Below are positions 16,932 through 26,861 of a stretch of 64,000 bases of DNA, piece after piece. Position 1 is the stretch's first letter. Each line of letters opens with the position of its first letter. The stretch comes from an uncultured delta proteobacterium. GTDB taxonomy: Bacteria; Myxococcota_A; Polyangia; Fen-1088. A program made the translations under genes and the position numbers. Under the pieces are notes generated by a model, which saw only the letters and a list, made by a program, of their open reading frames with translations, was not told the DNA's origin and searched no databases. The stretch lies in contig CAVWIP010000017.1 in the NCBI GenBank assembly GCA_963755125.1, forward strand, positions 96,001 to 160,000, read 5' to 3'.

Positions 16932-18022
16932 AGGAATTGCACCGTCCATGTCACCCACTGGGCACAGCCAGGGACCAGTTCGCAGAGTTCGGCATTCGGG
17001 TCGCACGAGCTGAAACTGCGGCTGACGCGGTCCTGGTACTCGACCCGGACCTGGACGACATCGCCGGTCGAGAACGCGCCTGGGCCGAAGTCCAGTTGGT
17101 TCGAGCTGTAGGGGTTCGACAGGCGTGCGAATACGCCGCTCGTGTCCATCCGGTACCACCAGATGAAAGTCCCCAGGTTCGATCCGGGGTAGGGATCCTG
17201 GTCGTCGTCCACCCTGGTGACGGCAAACGTCGTGTCCTGATCCGCAAAGCCGATGGTTTGCAGTGAGGTTGGTGTGAATCCCACGATGCAGGGAGGTTGA
17301 TCCTGTGCGATCACGACGTCAACGGAGGCCGAGTTGGACATGCCGCTTGCGTCCGTGGCGGTCAACTGGACGTGGTAGTCGCCGGGCATTGTGGCCGTGA
17401 ACGAGCAGATGGATGGTGTCCGCGCCGACGGGCAGGTATTGACGGAGAGGGTGGTCCCATCCGGCTGGGTGACCGTCCACAAAAAAGTCAACGTGTTCTG
17501 GTCGCCGGGGTCGGGGTCGGTGGACCCGGCTGCGGAGAAGGCAAGGTTGCTGGCCAGAGGCAGGGTGGCGCCGGTGGCGGTTGCTGCGGGGCTGGTTTCT
17601 TCGATGACGGCAGTGGGTGCCCGGTCTTGCACATCAAACGCGCGTCGAGCCTCGGCTGTGGCGCCATAGCGGTCCTTCACCTGCACGACGACGCAGACCG
17701 GGCCAAGCACTTGGGGGGTGTAGGAACACTGGTCATTGCTCTGTTGGCTGCTGCAACTTCCCAGTGAACTGGTAGCTGCCGTGGCACAGTCTGCATCCGC
17801 ACCCACGGAACCCACGTACCAGGTGACATTGAGCGAGTCGCTGCTTTGGTCGGGGTCGTGGATTGTCGCTGTGAAGGTTGCGTTGCTACGGTAGAGCGGC
17901 TGGGCGAGGTCGTCGATTTGGACGGTCGGCGGCATGTTGATGGGACCCGTGTCGAGAAGGCAGTTCGTCGAGCCGCCTGCCAGGATGGTCACCAAGAAGA
18001 GCCTAGTCCTGAGCCTAGCCAC
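16928..18022 (-). CDS. PKD/Ig-like domain lipoprotein
   Basis: Signal peptide + Cys; FSAAGSTDPD...LTFLWTV...PGDYHVQLTATD PKD motif. Confidence 0.7.
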   Translation of the reverse strand: MARLRTRLFLVTILAGGSTNCLLDTGPINMPPTVQIDDLAQPLYRSNATFTATIHDPDQSSDSLNVTWYVGSVGADADCATAATSSLGSCSSQQSNDQCSYTPQVLGPVCVVVQVKDRYGATAEARRAFDVQDRAPTAVIEETSPAATATGATLPLASNLAFSAAGSTDPDPGDQNTLTFLWTVTQPDGTTLSVNTCPSARTPSICSFTATMPGDYHVQLTATDASGMSNSASVDVVIAQDQPPCIVGFTPTSLQTIGFADQDTTFAVTRVDDDQDPYPGSNLGTFIWWYRMDTSGVFARLSNPYSSNQLDFGPGAFSTGDVVQVRVEYQDRVSRSFSSCDPNAELCELVPGCAQWVTWTVQFL

Positions 18023-18207
18023 GGCCCGACGCTATCACAATCTGGGCGTCTGCAACGAACGGGCCAATGCGCCCGGCTAGTAGTGGCGCGCCTGTTGCGC
18101 CGAGAAGTCAGTCTTTTGTGAGGGAAGCCGGATCCATCTGTCGCGGTTCCGGCATCTCTGACTCCGACGTGCTGACGCGTCGTTGGGTGCGGCAACCGCG
18201 CGTTGGG

Positions 18208-20004
18208 TCACCGGGGGCGCGCCAATATCAGGGTGCCATCTTTTTGCGTCACCGTACGTTCCACTCTGGCGCCAGGAGGCAGATCGATCTCGCCCACCAA
18301 CTCCTTGGTCCCGCCCTTGTTGCGCGCACAGAAGATCTCGTGGCGGCCGGGCGCCACGCCTTCGTAGCGAGGCATGAAGACAGACGTAGCCTGGTCGTCC
18401 AGGCTGGGGTAACAGATGGCGCCCGTGGCAAAGAGTTGGACTACACCCGGGTTCAGCCTTTCCGGCGTTGTGGGTGCTGTTGGCAGCGGCGCGGGGGTGG
18501 GCTCAGGCGCGGGGATAGGCGCTGGTTGCGCAGAAGCTGCGACGGTTGGCGTCGCAGCCGGCCGCGAAACAGTGCTGCTTCCCGCAGTGGCTGCGCGTCG
18601 CGAGGGCTTTGGTTTGCCGCCAGAAGGAGGCAGCGAGCGGATCGCGGGCGTGTTGTCGGACGCGGCGCTAGGGATCCCGGCCTTTGCTTCGGCAGACGGA
18701 TCGGGCGTGGCGGGAAGAATGGGAGTTGACTTGGGCCGGGGCAGAGGCTGAGTCAGAGAGACTGCGGGCGCAGACTTTCGCCATGGCGGGTGCCAGGCCA
18801 GCCAGGTGGCTGTGGCCAGAACCAAGCCAGCGACAATCAGGCCAGCCACGCGCACAGCCGTTCGTCCCGCGGAAAGCTTCTTGAGCAAGGCGTTCGCGCT
18901 CGCGTGGCTGGGCAGGTACGCGGTCGCCCGTCCGATCTCGGCCAAGGCGCGCGCCAACTCGCCCCGCCGCATTCGCTTGCGCGCCTGCTCCACGGCGGCG
19001 TCGGCAACCCTGGGACGTAGTTCCGCTTCGAATCTGGCCGGATCGTCGAGGAAACGCCGGAGCGCCGACTGTTCGGGCAGCAGCCCTGCTTCTCCCGCGA
19101 GTTTGCGCAGGTCGGCGGCCAGTTCGCCCGCACCCGGATAGCGCGCGGCTGGGTCAGGGGCAAGGCAGCGCAGAACCGTGCGTTCAAAGCGTGGCCCGAC
19201 GGTGGCAGCGATCTGGGACGGACGGCGGAAGGTGCCGAGTACGATGGAAGCGATCACGCAGAAGGGATCCTTGCCGGGGAAGGGCAGGCACCCGGTCACC
19301 ATCTCGTAAAGCAGGACGCCCAGCGCCCAGATGTCGGTTCCTGGCCCCACGTCTTGCGCGCGCGCCTGCTCGGGCGACATGTACGCCGGCGAGCCCACCA
19401 GAGCGCCCGAGGCCGTCATGGTTTCCAGTCCGGTGATATGGGCCACGCCGAAGTCCGCGATCACCACGCGGCACCTGTCGCCGCTGTGCTCGATCATCAC
19501 ATTGTCGGGCTTGACGTCGCGGTGGACTATGCCGCGTGCATGAGCGGTGGCCAGCGCCTCGGCCAGCGGCAACGCGATGAGCGCGGCCACCTCGGGAAGC
19601 AGGCGCGCCTGCCGCTCGTCCATGAGTCGTCGCAGGGTCGGGCCTTCGATCAGCTCGGCCACGATGTAGCTCGGCTCCTCGGCCGTGGCGTCCACGAAGT
19701 CGTAGATCTCGACGATGCCGGGATGCTTGAGCGCGGCGACTGCGTGGGCCTCGCGGCGGAAGCGTTCGGCCCCGTCGCCTCGGGTCGCGACGGTCATGCC
19801 CATGACCTTGACCGCCACGTCGCGACCAAGCTGGCTGTCGCGCGCGCGGAACACGCTGGCCATGGCCCCGTGGCCGAGAACGTCCAGCAGCAGGTAGCGC
19901 CCGAGCGGCGTGCCCACCCTGGGCGCGCGCGGAGGATTCGACAAGCCCGCCGCCCCGCCTTCAGACAACGGACGCGCTGGGCGGGAGTCGGACGGCCCCG
20001 TCAC
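18208..20004 (-). CDS. Membrane Ser/Thr protein kinase
   Basis: LGHGAMASV, VAVK, HRDVKPDN, DFG, YMSPEQ, DIWALG; TM helix and Pro-rich tail; GTG 20004 overlaps the J-protein stop. Confidence 0.9.
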   Translation of the reverse strand: MTGPSDSRPARPLSEGGAAGLSNPPRAPRVGTPLGRYLLLDVLGHGAMASVFRARDSQLGRDVAVKVMGMTVATRGDGAERFRREAHAVAALKHPGIVEIYDFVDATAEEPSYIVAELIEGPTLRRLMDERQARLLPEVAALIALPLAEALATAHARGIVHRDVKPDNVMIEHSGDRCRVVIADFGVAHITGLETMTASGALVGSPAYMSPEQARAQDVGPGTDIWALGVLLYEMVTGCLPFPGKDPFCVIASIVLGTFRRPSQIAATVGPRFERTVLRCLAPDPAARYPGAGELAADLRKLAGEAGLLPEQSALRRFLDDPARFEAELRPRVADAAVEQARKRMRRGELARALAEIGRATAYLPSHASANALLKKLSAGRTAVRVAGLIVAGLVLATATWLAWHPPWRKSAPAVSLTQPLPRPKSTPILPATPDPSAEAKAGIPSAASDNTPAIRSLPPSGGKPKPSRRAATAGSSTVSRPAATPTVAASAQPAPIPAPEPTPAPLPTAPTTPERLNPGVVQLFATGAICYPSLDDQATSVFMPRYEGVAPGRHEIFCARNKGGTKELVGEIDLPPGARVERTVTQKDGTLILARPR

Positions 20005-20558
20005 GGGGTCTTGTGCGGGGTGCCCCCCGCTCCTCCGGGTTTGCCCAGAGCGGCCTGCGCTTCGGCCAGCTTCTGCGCGATGAGCGTCGCTGTCGGCTCG
20101 AAGGTGCGCGCGAAGTTGAAATTCATGATCGCGCCCTTCCAGTCCTTGCGTCCCAGGCAGATCATGCCCATGCGGAAGAATTTTTTCGCCTCGGGGTGTC
20201 TCAGGCTGTCCTCGGGGTTCTGCGGGGCGTGCGACTCGCGGTCGGTTGCGGTCAGACGTTTCTTGCCCTGGTTGAGCGCCCGCTCGTAGGCAGCGCGCTT
20301 CTCGGGCGTGGTGAGCACGCGGTAGCCCTCGCATACGCGCGAGTAGATCATCTCCAACTGTTCCTTGAGATCGTGATCCGCGAGGGTGTGGTAGCGGTCG
20401 GGGTGCAGATCGCCGGCCAGACGGTAGAAAGCCGTGCGCACGGTCGCTTGGTCGGAGCCCGAGGGCACCCCCAGAAGATCATAGTAGGAGAGCTGATCCA
20501 GCCGGGGAAAGATCTGGCGAACGAACGCGGCAAGTTGCTCGGTTGACATCCCCGCCAT
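20001..20558 (-). CDS. J-domain (DnaJ-like) protein with C-terminal TPR
   Basis: YYDLLGV...AFYRLAGDLHPDRY (HPD motif)...YRVL...KRAAYE. Confidence 0.9.
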   Translation of the reverse strand: MAGMSTEQLAAFVRQIFPRLDQLSYYDLLGVPSGSDQATVRTAFYRLAGDLHPDRYHTLADHDLKEQLEMIYSRVCEGYRVLTTPEKRAAYERALNQGKKRLTATDRESHAPQNPEDSLRHPEAKKFFRMGMICLGRKDWKGAIMNFNFARTFEPTATLIAQKLAEAQAALGKPGGAGGTPHKTP

Positions 20559-20561
20559 GGT

Positions 20562-22160
20562 CTAAGCCTCCGGAATCTCCGGGAGGTCGCTCGGCTCTTC
20601 GTACTTTTGCCGTTCCGCCGCCTCCGCGACCTCCGATTCGCTCATCGCGCCGCGCACGTTGACCGCCGCCTCGCGCGCCGCCCCGGTAGCGCCATCACGC
20701 GCGCGCACGCGCAGGATGCCATTGGTGTCCACCTTGAAGGTCACCTCGATGGAGACGTCGCCCCGTCGCGCTGGCTGCAGGCCGGTCAGCTCCAGTTCAC
20801 CCAAGGGCACGTTCTCTTCGAAACGGCGCGATTCACCCTGGCAGACCTGGATGCGCACCGAAGTCTGGCCATTGGACGAGGTGCTGAAGATGCGCGTCTG
20901 CTCCACCGGCACGGGCACGTTGCGATCGATGATACGTTCGGCAAAACCACCGGTGACGGCAATCCCGAGCGCGCGGGGCGTGACGTCGAGCAAGACCGCG
21001 CGGCTAGGCAAACTCTCGCCCGCGTTGGCCAGGTTCTCCGCCTGGATGGCGGCGCCCCAGGCCACCACCTCGTCGGGGTTGAGGTCGGTGCGGGGAGGCC
21101 GGCCAAAGTACCGTTCCACCTCGGCGCGCACCATGGGCACGCGGGTGGTTCCGCCCACCATGATCACCTCGTCGATCTGCGAAGGCAAAAGCTGCGCGGA
21201 GGCGAGCACGTCCTGGCAGGCCTGGATGGTTCGCCCGACCAGCCCGCGGATGGCGGTTTCGAAAACACTGCGCGCGATGTGGAAGCGCAACGCGAGAGGT
21301 TCGCCGCTGGAACCCACCGCGATGTTCTTGAGGTCGCCGCGCGCTTCAGGGAAATCGGACAGGTGGCGCTTGACCTGCTCGGCGGCGATCAGCAGGCGTG
21401 AGCGCGCGGCCTGATCGCTGCGCGGATCGATGCCGTGCTCGGCGTTGAACAGCTCGGCCAGAATGTTGAGCAAGGAGCTGTCCAGGTCGTCGCCGCCCAG
21501 AAAGGTGTCCCCGCCGGTGGCCAGCACCTCGAACACGTCGTTCTCGACCCGCAGGATGGTGATGTCGAAGGTGCCGCCGCCGAAGTCGTAGACGGCAATC
21601 CGCTGCGACATGTTCTGACCCAGCCCGTAGGCCAGCGCGGCCGCAGTGGGCTCGTTGAGCACGCGCAGCACATCGACCCCGGCGATGCGCCCCGCGTCCA
21701 CGGTCGCGCGACGCTGGGAGTCGTTGAAGGTGGCGGGCACCGTGATCACGGCGGCGCTGACCGCGTCGCTCAGGAACATCTCGGCGCACTGGCGCAGATA
21801 GCCCAGCAAGAGGCCGGACACTTCAGGGATGGTGTACGTGCGATCCGGCCCGATGAAGACCGCTTGCTCGTTGTTACCCTCGCGCAGTTCGTAGGGCAGC
21901 CGCACCAGGGCTTTTTGCACCTCATCGGAACGGAAGGGCAGGCCGATGAGGCGCTTGGCCGAGTAGACTGTGTTCTTGGGATCCAGGATGCGGCGGGCAA
22001 CCGCGTCTACGGAAAAGTACCTGAGGCCATCGGGAGAAAACGACACCACCGACGGGTGCAGGTATCCCCCCTGCGAGGTGGGCACCACGACCACCTGCCC
22101 GCCACGCACGGTGGCGACCACGGAGTTGGTCGTGCCCAGATCTATGCCTACGACGGCCAT
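20562..22160 (-). CDS. Hsp70/DnaK family paralog (no full lid domain)
   Basis: [56 protein letters not shown]. Confidence 0.95.
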   Translation of the reverse strand: MAVVGIDLGTTNSVVATVRGGQVVVVPTSQGGYLHPSVVSFSPDGLRYFSVDAVARRILDPKNTVYSAKRLIGLPFRSDEVQKALVRLPYELREGNNEQAVFIGPDRTYTIPEVSGLLLGYLRQCAEMFLSDAVSAAVITVPATFNDSQRRATVDAGRIAGVDVLRVLNEPTAAALAYGLGQNMSQRIAVYDFGGGTFDITILRVENDVFEVLATGGDTFLGGDDLDSSLLNILAELFNAEHGIDPRSDQAARSRLLIAAEQVKRHLSDFPEARGDLKNIAVGSSGEPLALRFHIARSVFETAIRGLVGRTIQACQDVLASAQLLPSQIDEVIMVGGTTRVPMVRAEVERYFGRPPRTDLNPDEVVAWGAAIQAENLANAGESLPSRAVLLDVTPRALGIAVTGGFAERIIDRNVPVPVEQTRIFSTSSNGQTSVRIQVCQGESRRFEENVPLGELELTGLQPARRGDVSIEVTFKVDTNGILRVRARDGATGAAREAAVNVRGAMSESEVAEAAERQKYEEPSDLPEIPEA

Positions 22161-22414
22161 CGAAGTGATTGTGCGCGGTTAGGGAGCGATCGACAAATTC
22201 ACCAGCCATCTTACACCAGCCACACCGTCGGACTCCAGAGTATGTCCGGGAAGGCGACCCTATGTCCTTGGGCTCGGGTGGCACCAGGGCTTGTTTCTCC
22301 CGCCGCCCACACGTCTGCGGACGCTGAGGGCCTGGCGAACATAGAGGCGTGCCCGCGACCGTTGCCATGCAACGAAGCGTCCTCGGACATTCCCACTGCA
22401 ACGGATATCAAGCA

Positions 22415-22744
22415 CTACGCTGCAAGGCCCAACCATAGAGCTATTGCCCGGTTGACACGCATCATTGTGGCGTCATCGAGACGACCTACGGATCTCCCGA
22501 TCTTGTCGCGCCGGATGGCAGTCACCTTGTCGACCATGATCTGTGAGACCGACCGCAGGCCATTTGAGTTTGTCGGATCCACCGTCAATCGAAACAAGGG
22601 TGCATCAACGATCGTGCTGGTAACAGGTGCAACCGCGATGCTGGAATGCGTACCGTTGAAAAGATCAGATTGAATTACCAGAGCTGGTCTTGGTTTGCCA
22701 TAGTCGCCTCGCATGGCTACGATGACCACGTCCCCGCGCTTCAC
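22415..22744 (-). CDS. mazF: MazF/PemK family toxin
   Basis: KRGDVVIVAMRGDYGKPRPALVIQSD...NGLRSVSQIMVDKVTAI. Confidence 0.92.
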   Translation of the reverse strand: MKRGDVVIVAMRGDYGKPRPALVIQSDLFNGTHSSIAVAPVTSTIVDAPLFRLTVDPTNSNGLRSVSQIMVDKVTAIRRDKIGRSVGRLDDATMMRVNRAIALWLGLAA

Positions 22745-22965
22745 GATGTCCAGCCCTCAGTATCGCCAAGAGCCTCCACCCACCCCATCGCCTCACGTTC
22801 AGACCGAACAACTCTCTTTGCCGCGAGGCTCTGACGACGGCATTCATCGGCAAAACCCCGCGCTCGCGTATCGGGCAGCCAAACCTGGACCAAACGCAAG
22901 CCCGAGTCTCTCATTCGCTCGCGGTAACGCTGAACGGTCTTTCTTGCTGCTGCGGCCTTGGACAT
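22741..22965 (-). CDS. MazE-like antitoxin (DUF3018)
   Basis: VQRYRERMRDSGLRLVQVWLPDTRARGFADECRRQSL; overlaps the toxin start. Confidence 0.88.
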   Translation of the reverse strand: MSKAAAARKTVQRYRERMRDSGLRLVQVWLPDTRARGFADECRRQSLAAKRVVRSEREAMGWVEALGDTEGWTS

Positions 22966-23515
22966 GTCATGCAGCATAACATGACACCGACCATGTTGCC
23001 ACCCTGACGTGTCTGGATAGGTTCGCGGTAGACATGAACTCGCTCAGGCGAGAACTGGCCGATGGCTGAAACAGCCGTCGTCAACGCCTTCCCGCTCATC
23101 TGTGTGGATATCGGCTGGGATGGGCAGAATGCCTGACCAGCGCACGGTCGAGATCGCGAACACGTCGCCCCTCCAGTATGGCGTGCCGAGCTGCGCCACC
23201 TCCAGGAGCACAGGAGACGGCGCCGCCGTGCTACGCTTGGGGCACGGAGGCAGTCCGATGGGTACACCGTCTGAGGCGGCCAAACTGGGCGAGCAGGGGG
23301 CGGCGCCCTACTTGCACCGATCTCTTACACCTGGAGGCACGCGCAGCCGAGTTCGCGGACATGTTCGCCTTGTGGTCATCCCCGCCAGGGTTGCCATTCA
23401 ACGCCCCGGCCTGACCAGGGATGGCGAACACTGCTAGCCAGGAAGGCATTGTGTGACCTGCAGAAGGGTGTTCCCGAAGGCCGAAGCGCGCTATTCTTTG
23501 TGCGTGAGTGGCGCC

Positions 23516-23704
23516 ATGCACACTGCGAAAGAAACCGTCCGCCGGTTGCTCGATGACCTGCCCGATAACGCCTCACTGGAAGACATCCAGTACCACATCT
23601 ACGTCCGCGAGAAGATCGAACGCGGCCTGCGCGATGTTGAAGCCGGGCGCATTGTTGACCAGGACGAGGCCAAGCGACGGATGGCCAAGTGGCTCGGCGA
23701 GTAG
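23516..23704 (+). CDS. Putative antitoxin
   Basis: AKETVRRLLDDLPDNASLEDIQYHIYVREKIERGLRDVEAGR; overlaps the RelE/ParE gene. Confidence 0.8.
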   Translation: MHTAKETVRRLLDDLPDNASLEDIQYHIYVREKIERGLRDVEAGRIVDQDEAKRRMAKWLGE

Positions 23705-24015
23705 GCTGGACCGAGGCCGCGCTTGAGGATCTGAGCGCGACCGCGGAGTACATCGCCCGCGACAGCGCCCGCTATGCAGGCGGGTTCGTTCGAGAAGCGT
23801 TCGAGGCGTCCGACACGCTGACCGAGTTCGCCAACCGTGGCCGCGTGGTGCCCGAGTTCGACGACCAGGCCATCCGCGAGATCTTCCTCGGAAGTCACCG
23901 GCTGATCTATCAGGTCACCAACGAACGGGTTTTCATCCTCGGCCTGGTCCACGGCGCCCGCGATTTAGCGGCGCTCTGGCGACGTGAGAAACGGACGGGC
24001 GGACCTGAGCCCTGA
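23689..24015 (+). CDS. RelE/ParE family toxin
   Basis: VGWTEAALEDL...YIARDS...GRVVPE...IREIF...RLIYQV...ILGLVHGARD. Confidence 0.9.
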   Translation: MARRVGWTEAALEDLSATAEYIARDSARYAGGFVREAFEASDTLTEFANRGRVVPEFDDQAIREIFLGSHRLIYQVTNERVFILGLVHGARDLAALWRREKRTGGPEP

Positions 24016-24163
24016 GAAGCTCGATCCGCCGGCCGAGTCGCTTTGGGGGACCGAAATCGAACGACGGGCGCGCGAGGCGGCGGACGGCAAGGTCGCCTTG
24101 GTCGATGCAGACGAAGTCCACGCCGAGATCGCCGAGCGTCTTCGCACGCGGAGTGGCCGGTGA
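24014..24163 (+). pseudogene. C-terminal fragment of an addiction-module component (TIGR02574-like antitoxin)
   Basis: ...AESLWGTEIERRAREAADGKVALVDADEVHAEIAERLR*; no start codon. Confidence 0.6.
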
Positions 24164-24473
24164 ACATAGCGGTCTGCGGGCCGGCGTTGCCATTCAACGC
24201 CCCGGCCTGACCGGGGACGGCGACCAGCGCGTGCCTGCCACGAAACCTGAAGACCCGGGGAGGGGAGGACTCTGCCCGGGTCTCGCGAACGCGTCGACAT
24301 TGGCCCAGTTGGGGCCTCCATTGGCGCGTTCATCGGCCGCGCGATGATGGGCACGGCTTTCGGGCGGGAGCTCCGGCCGTCGTTTCGGCGGCCCCTCGGG
24401 TGAATCGAGAGCACTCCTTGGCGTCACCCGGCCGTAATCCTGCAAGACACTGGCACTGCCATCGCGAACCGAT

Positions 24474-24935
24474 TCAGGCGATACCCTTCCGGCGCTTGAT
24501 GTCATCAAGGATCCTTCCAATGAAAGAGCGGAACCCCGGAGAGTAGCCGTCCGCGTTCGCATAGCTGTCGTTGCTCCACCAGGTACGGTGGCGCCAAGCG
24601 TATTCCTCCACGGGGACTAGTTCCGCCACCAGTTTGGGTCGGCCCTTCTTCAACCGCCAGGCACCCTCCAACATATTGAACAAGAAACAGCAATAGTTGT
24701 CGTAGCGCTCCCGCTGGTCGCCATCGCCGGGTGGCTGGGGCCAAGCTACACAGTAGTCCTCTCGTTCGACATGAGGGTACATCATCGAGAGTTCGATCGC
24801 CTTGTTGAGCATCGCTTCGATCCCTGCATTCTGCCGCTCCTTCTGGACTTGCACAGATCGCAGCCATGAAACTGCGGCCCCCAGAAGAGAAACGGCAGCA
24901 CCGACCAGACTTCCTGCGCGAAACCAGGTGTCCAA
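24474..24935 (-). CDS. Hypothetical membrane-anchored protein
   Basis: N-terminal TM helix followed by a helical domain; GGAG RBS before a TTG start. Confidence 0.6.
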   Translation of the reverse strand: MDTWFRAGSLVGAAVSLLGAAVSWLRSVQVQKERQNAGIEAMLNKAIELSMMYPHVEREDYCVAWPQPPGDGDQRERYDNYCCFLFNMLEGAWRLKKGRPKLVAELVPVEEYAWRHRTWWSNDSYANADGYSPGFRSFIGRILDDIKRRKGIA

Positions 24936-24965
24936 TTCAACGCTCCTCGGTGAGGGGGACCTTCG

Positions 24966-25121
24966 TCACTGTGCCGACGGTGCAAGCGTAGCAGCATCAC
25001 CGGCACCTCCTCCTGCGCCACCCGTACTACCAGCCCAGCCGCCCTCGTGGTACAGGGAAAGGATTTCGCCCTCGTTGAGGGCGCGGGAGTAGATACGCAC
25101 ATCATCAATCAGACCTGTATA
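24966..25121 (-). pseudogene. C-terminal fragment of a LamG/concanavalin-A-like domain protein
   Basis: YTGLIDDVRIYSRALNEGEILSLY is the LamG end motif; the rest of the domain is missing upstream. Confidence 0.7.
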
Positions 25122-25206
25122 GCTCGTCGGGATCGCTCGGCTGGGTCGCCCCAGGGTTGGACTTCCGTTCGCTCGCATCTTCCTCCATGATGGGGCCTGC
25201 CATCCC

Positions 25207-25638
25207 ATGAAAGTCGAGCAAATCACCGTCTTCCTGGAAAACCAGTCGGGCCGTTTGGCCGACGTGGCCAGCATCCTTGCGGCCGCGGGCGTGAACATCC
25301 GCGCCCTGTCGCTGGCTGACTCCGCCGATTTCGGCATTCTGCGACTCATCGTCAACGACACGGACAAAGCCACCCAGGTGCTGAAGGCCCAGGGCTTCAC
25401 CGTGGCCAAGACCGAGGTGGTGGGCGTGCAGGTGCCTGACCGGCCGGGCGGCCTGGCCGAGATTCTCAACGCCATGAAGGGCAAACAGGTCAACGTCGAG
25501 TATATGTACGCCTTCGTGCACAAGTCCGCCGTCGACGCCACCATCATTTTCCGCTTCGACGATCTGGAGAAGGGCATCGCGTGCCTGCAGCAGGCAGGCA
25601 TCAAGATCCTGCAGGGCCAAGACCTCTACTCGATGTGA
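25207..25638 (+). CDS. ACT-domain protein (paaK-associated type)
   Basis: QITVFLENQSGRLADV...NIRALSLAD...DRPGGL...NVEYMYAF. Confidence 0.92.
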   Translation: MKVEQITVFLENQSGRLADVASILAAAGVNIRALSLADSADFGILRLIVNDTDKATQVLKAQGFTVAKTEVVGVQVPDRPGGLAEILNAMKGKQVNVEYMYAFVHKSAVDATIIFRFDDLEKGIACLQQAGIKILQGQDLYSM

Positions 25639-25663
25639 CCATCAACAGCAGGGAGCCAAGCGC

Positions 25664-26827
25664 ATGAAGACATCAGCAATCACTGCCACGCTCATCTTCA
25701 CCAGCCTGCTCGGCGCCGGCGCCACGCAGGCCAAGGGGCCCACCGTCAAGATCGGCGCCATCTTCAGCGTGACGGGTCCGGCGGCCAACCTGGGCGGCCC
25801 CGAGGCCAGGACCCTGGAGATGCTCGTGCAGGAGGCCAACAAGAAGGGCGGCATCGGCGGCAACCAAATCGAGCTGGTGCTCAAGGATTCCGGCAGCAGC
25901 CCCGAGAAGGCGATCTCGTTTGCCAAGCAGCTCATCGAGGAAGACAAGGTCTTCGCCATCATCGGTCCTTCGACCAGCGGCGAAACCCTGAAGATCAAGG
26001 GCATCGCCGAGGAGGGCAAGACCATCCTGCTGTCTTGTGCGGCGGCCGAGGCCATCGTGAATCCGGTGGCCAGCTACGCGTTCAAGGTGGCGCCCAACGA
26101 CAGCCACGCCGCCCGTCGCATCTTCGAGCAGATGAAGAAGATGGGCATTGCCAAGATCGGCCTGCTTTCCAGCAACACGGGTTTCGGCAAGGCGGGCAAG
26201 GAACAGGTCGAGAAGCTGGCGCCCGGCTTCGGCATCCAGATCGTGGCCAACGAGGTGTACGAGAAGGAAGCCACGGATCTCACCGCTGTCGTGACCAAGC
26301 TCAAGGCGGCTAATGTGCAGGCGTTCATCAACTGGTCCATCGAGCCGGCGCAAGCCATCGTCATCAAGAACGCGCGCCAGGTCGGTCTTTCCGTACCCAT
26401 TTTCCAGAGCCACGGTTTCGGCAACATCCAGTATGCCAGGGCCGCCGGGCCGGCTGCCGAGGGCGTGATCTTCCCGGCCAGCCGGCTGCTGGTGGCAGAC
26501 AGCCTGCCCGCCGGCGACAAGCAGAAACCGGTGCTGCTCAAGTACAAGCAGAGCTACGAGGCCCGCTATCACGAGGATGCCAGCACCTTTGGCGGCCACG
26601 CGCACGATGCTCTGTTGCTGCTGGGCAAGGCGGTGGAAAAGGCCGGTGGCCTCGACAATGAGAAGGTTCGGGCCGCGCTGGAAAGCCTGCAGGGCGTGGT
26701 GGGCACGGCCGGCGTGTTCAACTTCTCCGCGCGCGATCACGGCGGCCTGGGCATGGACGCCTTTGAAATGCAGACCGTGAAGAACGGCAAGTTCGTCGTG
26801 TACAGCGACGCGGCCGCCAAGAAATAG
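25664..26827 (+). CDS. livK: Branched-chain amino acid-type ABC transporter substrate-binding protein
   Basis: Signal peptide; KIGAIFSVTGPAA..G...NKKGGIGG; first gene of the liv cluster. Confidence 0.9.
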   Translation: MKTSAITATLIFTSLLGAGATQAKGPTVKIGAIFSVTGPAANLGGPEARTLEMLVQEANKKGGIGGNQIELVLKDSGSSPEKAISFAKQLIEEDKVFAIIGPSTSGETLKIKGIAEEGKTILLSCAAAEAIVNPVASYAFKVAPNDSHAARRIFEQMKKMGIAKIGLLSSNTGFGKAGKEQVEKLAPGFGIQIVANEVYEKEATDLTAVVTKLKAANVQAFINWSIEPAQAIVIKNARQVGLSVPIFQSHGFGNIQYARAAGPAAEGVIFPASRLLVADSLPAGDKQKPVLLKYKQSYEARYHEDASTFGGHAHDALLLLGKAVEKAGGLDNEKVRAALESLQGVVGTAGVFNFSARDHGGLGMDAFEMQTVKNGKFVVYSDAAAKK

Positions 26828-26861
26828 CGACGGCCAGCCGAGGCGGGCTGGTCAGAGGCGC

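Larger units (their letters stand above)
22337..24244 (+). repeat. Three related direct-repeat copies with core (C)GTTGCCAT(T/G)CAACG
   Basis: Copies at 22337-22374, 23390-23430 and 24162-24226. Copies 2 and 3 share about 41 bp. Copies 1 and 3 share GAACATAG-N16-core. Confidence 0.75.

Noticed and set aside
22981..23380. Gene between the two TA pairs
   Set aside because: Only broken frames with no motif I can assign; probably a remnant, but unsupported.
22337..24244. Integron attC array
   Set aside because: GTTGAAT on the minus strand fits GTTRRRY, but I found no properly spaced RYYYAAC partner, no attC-like hairpin and no intI.
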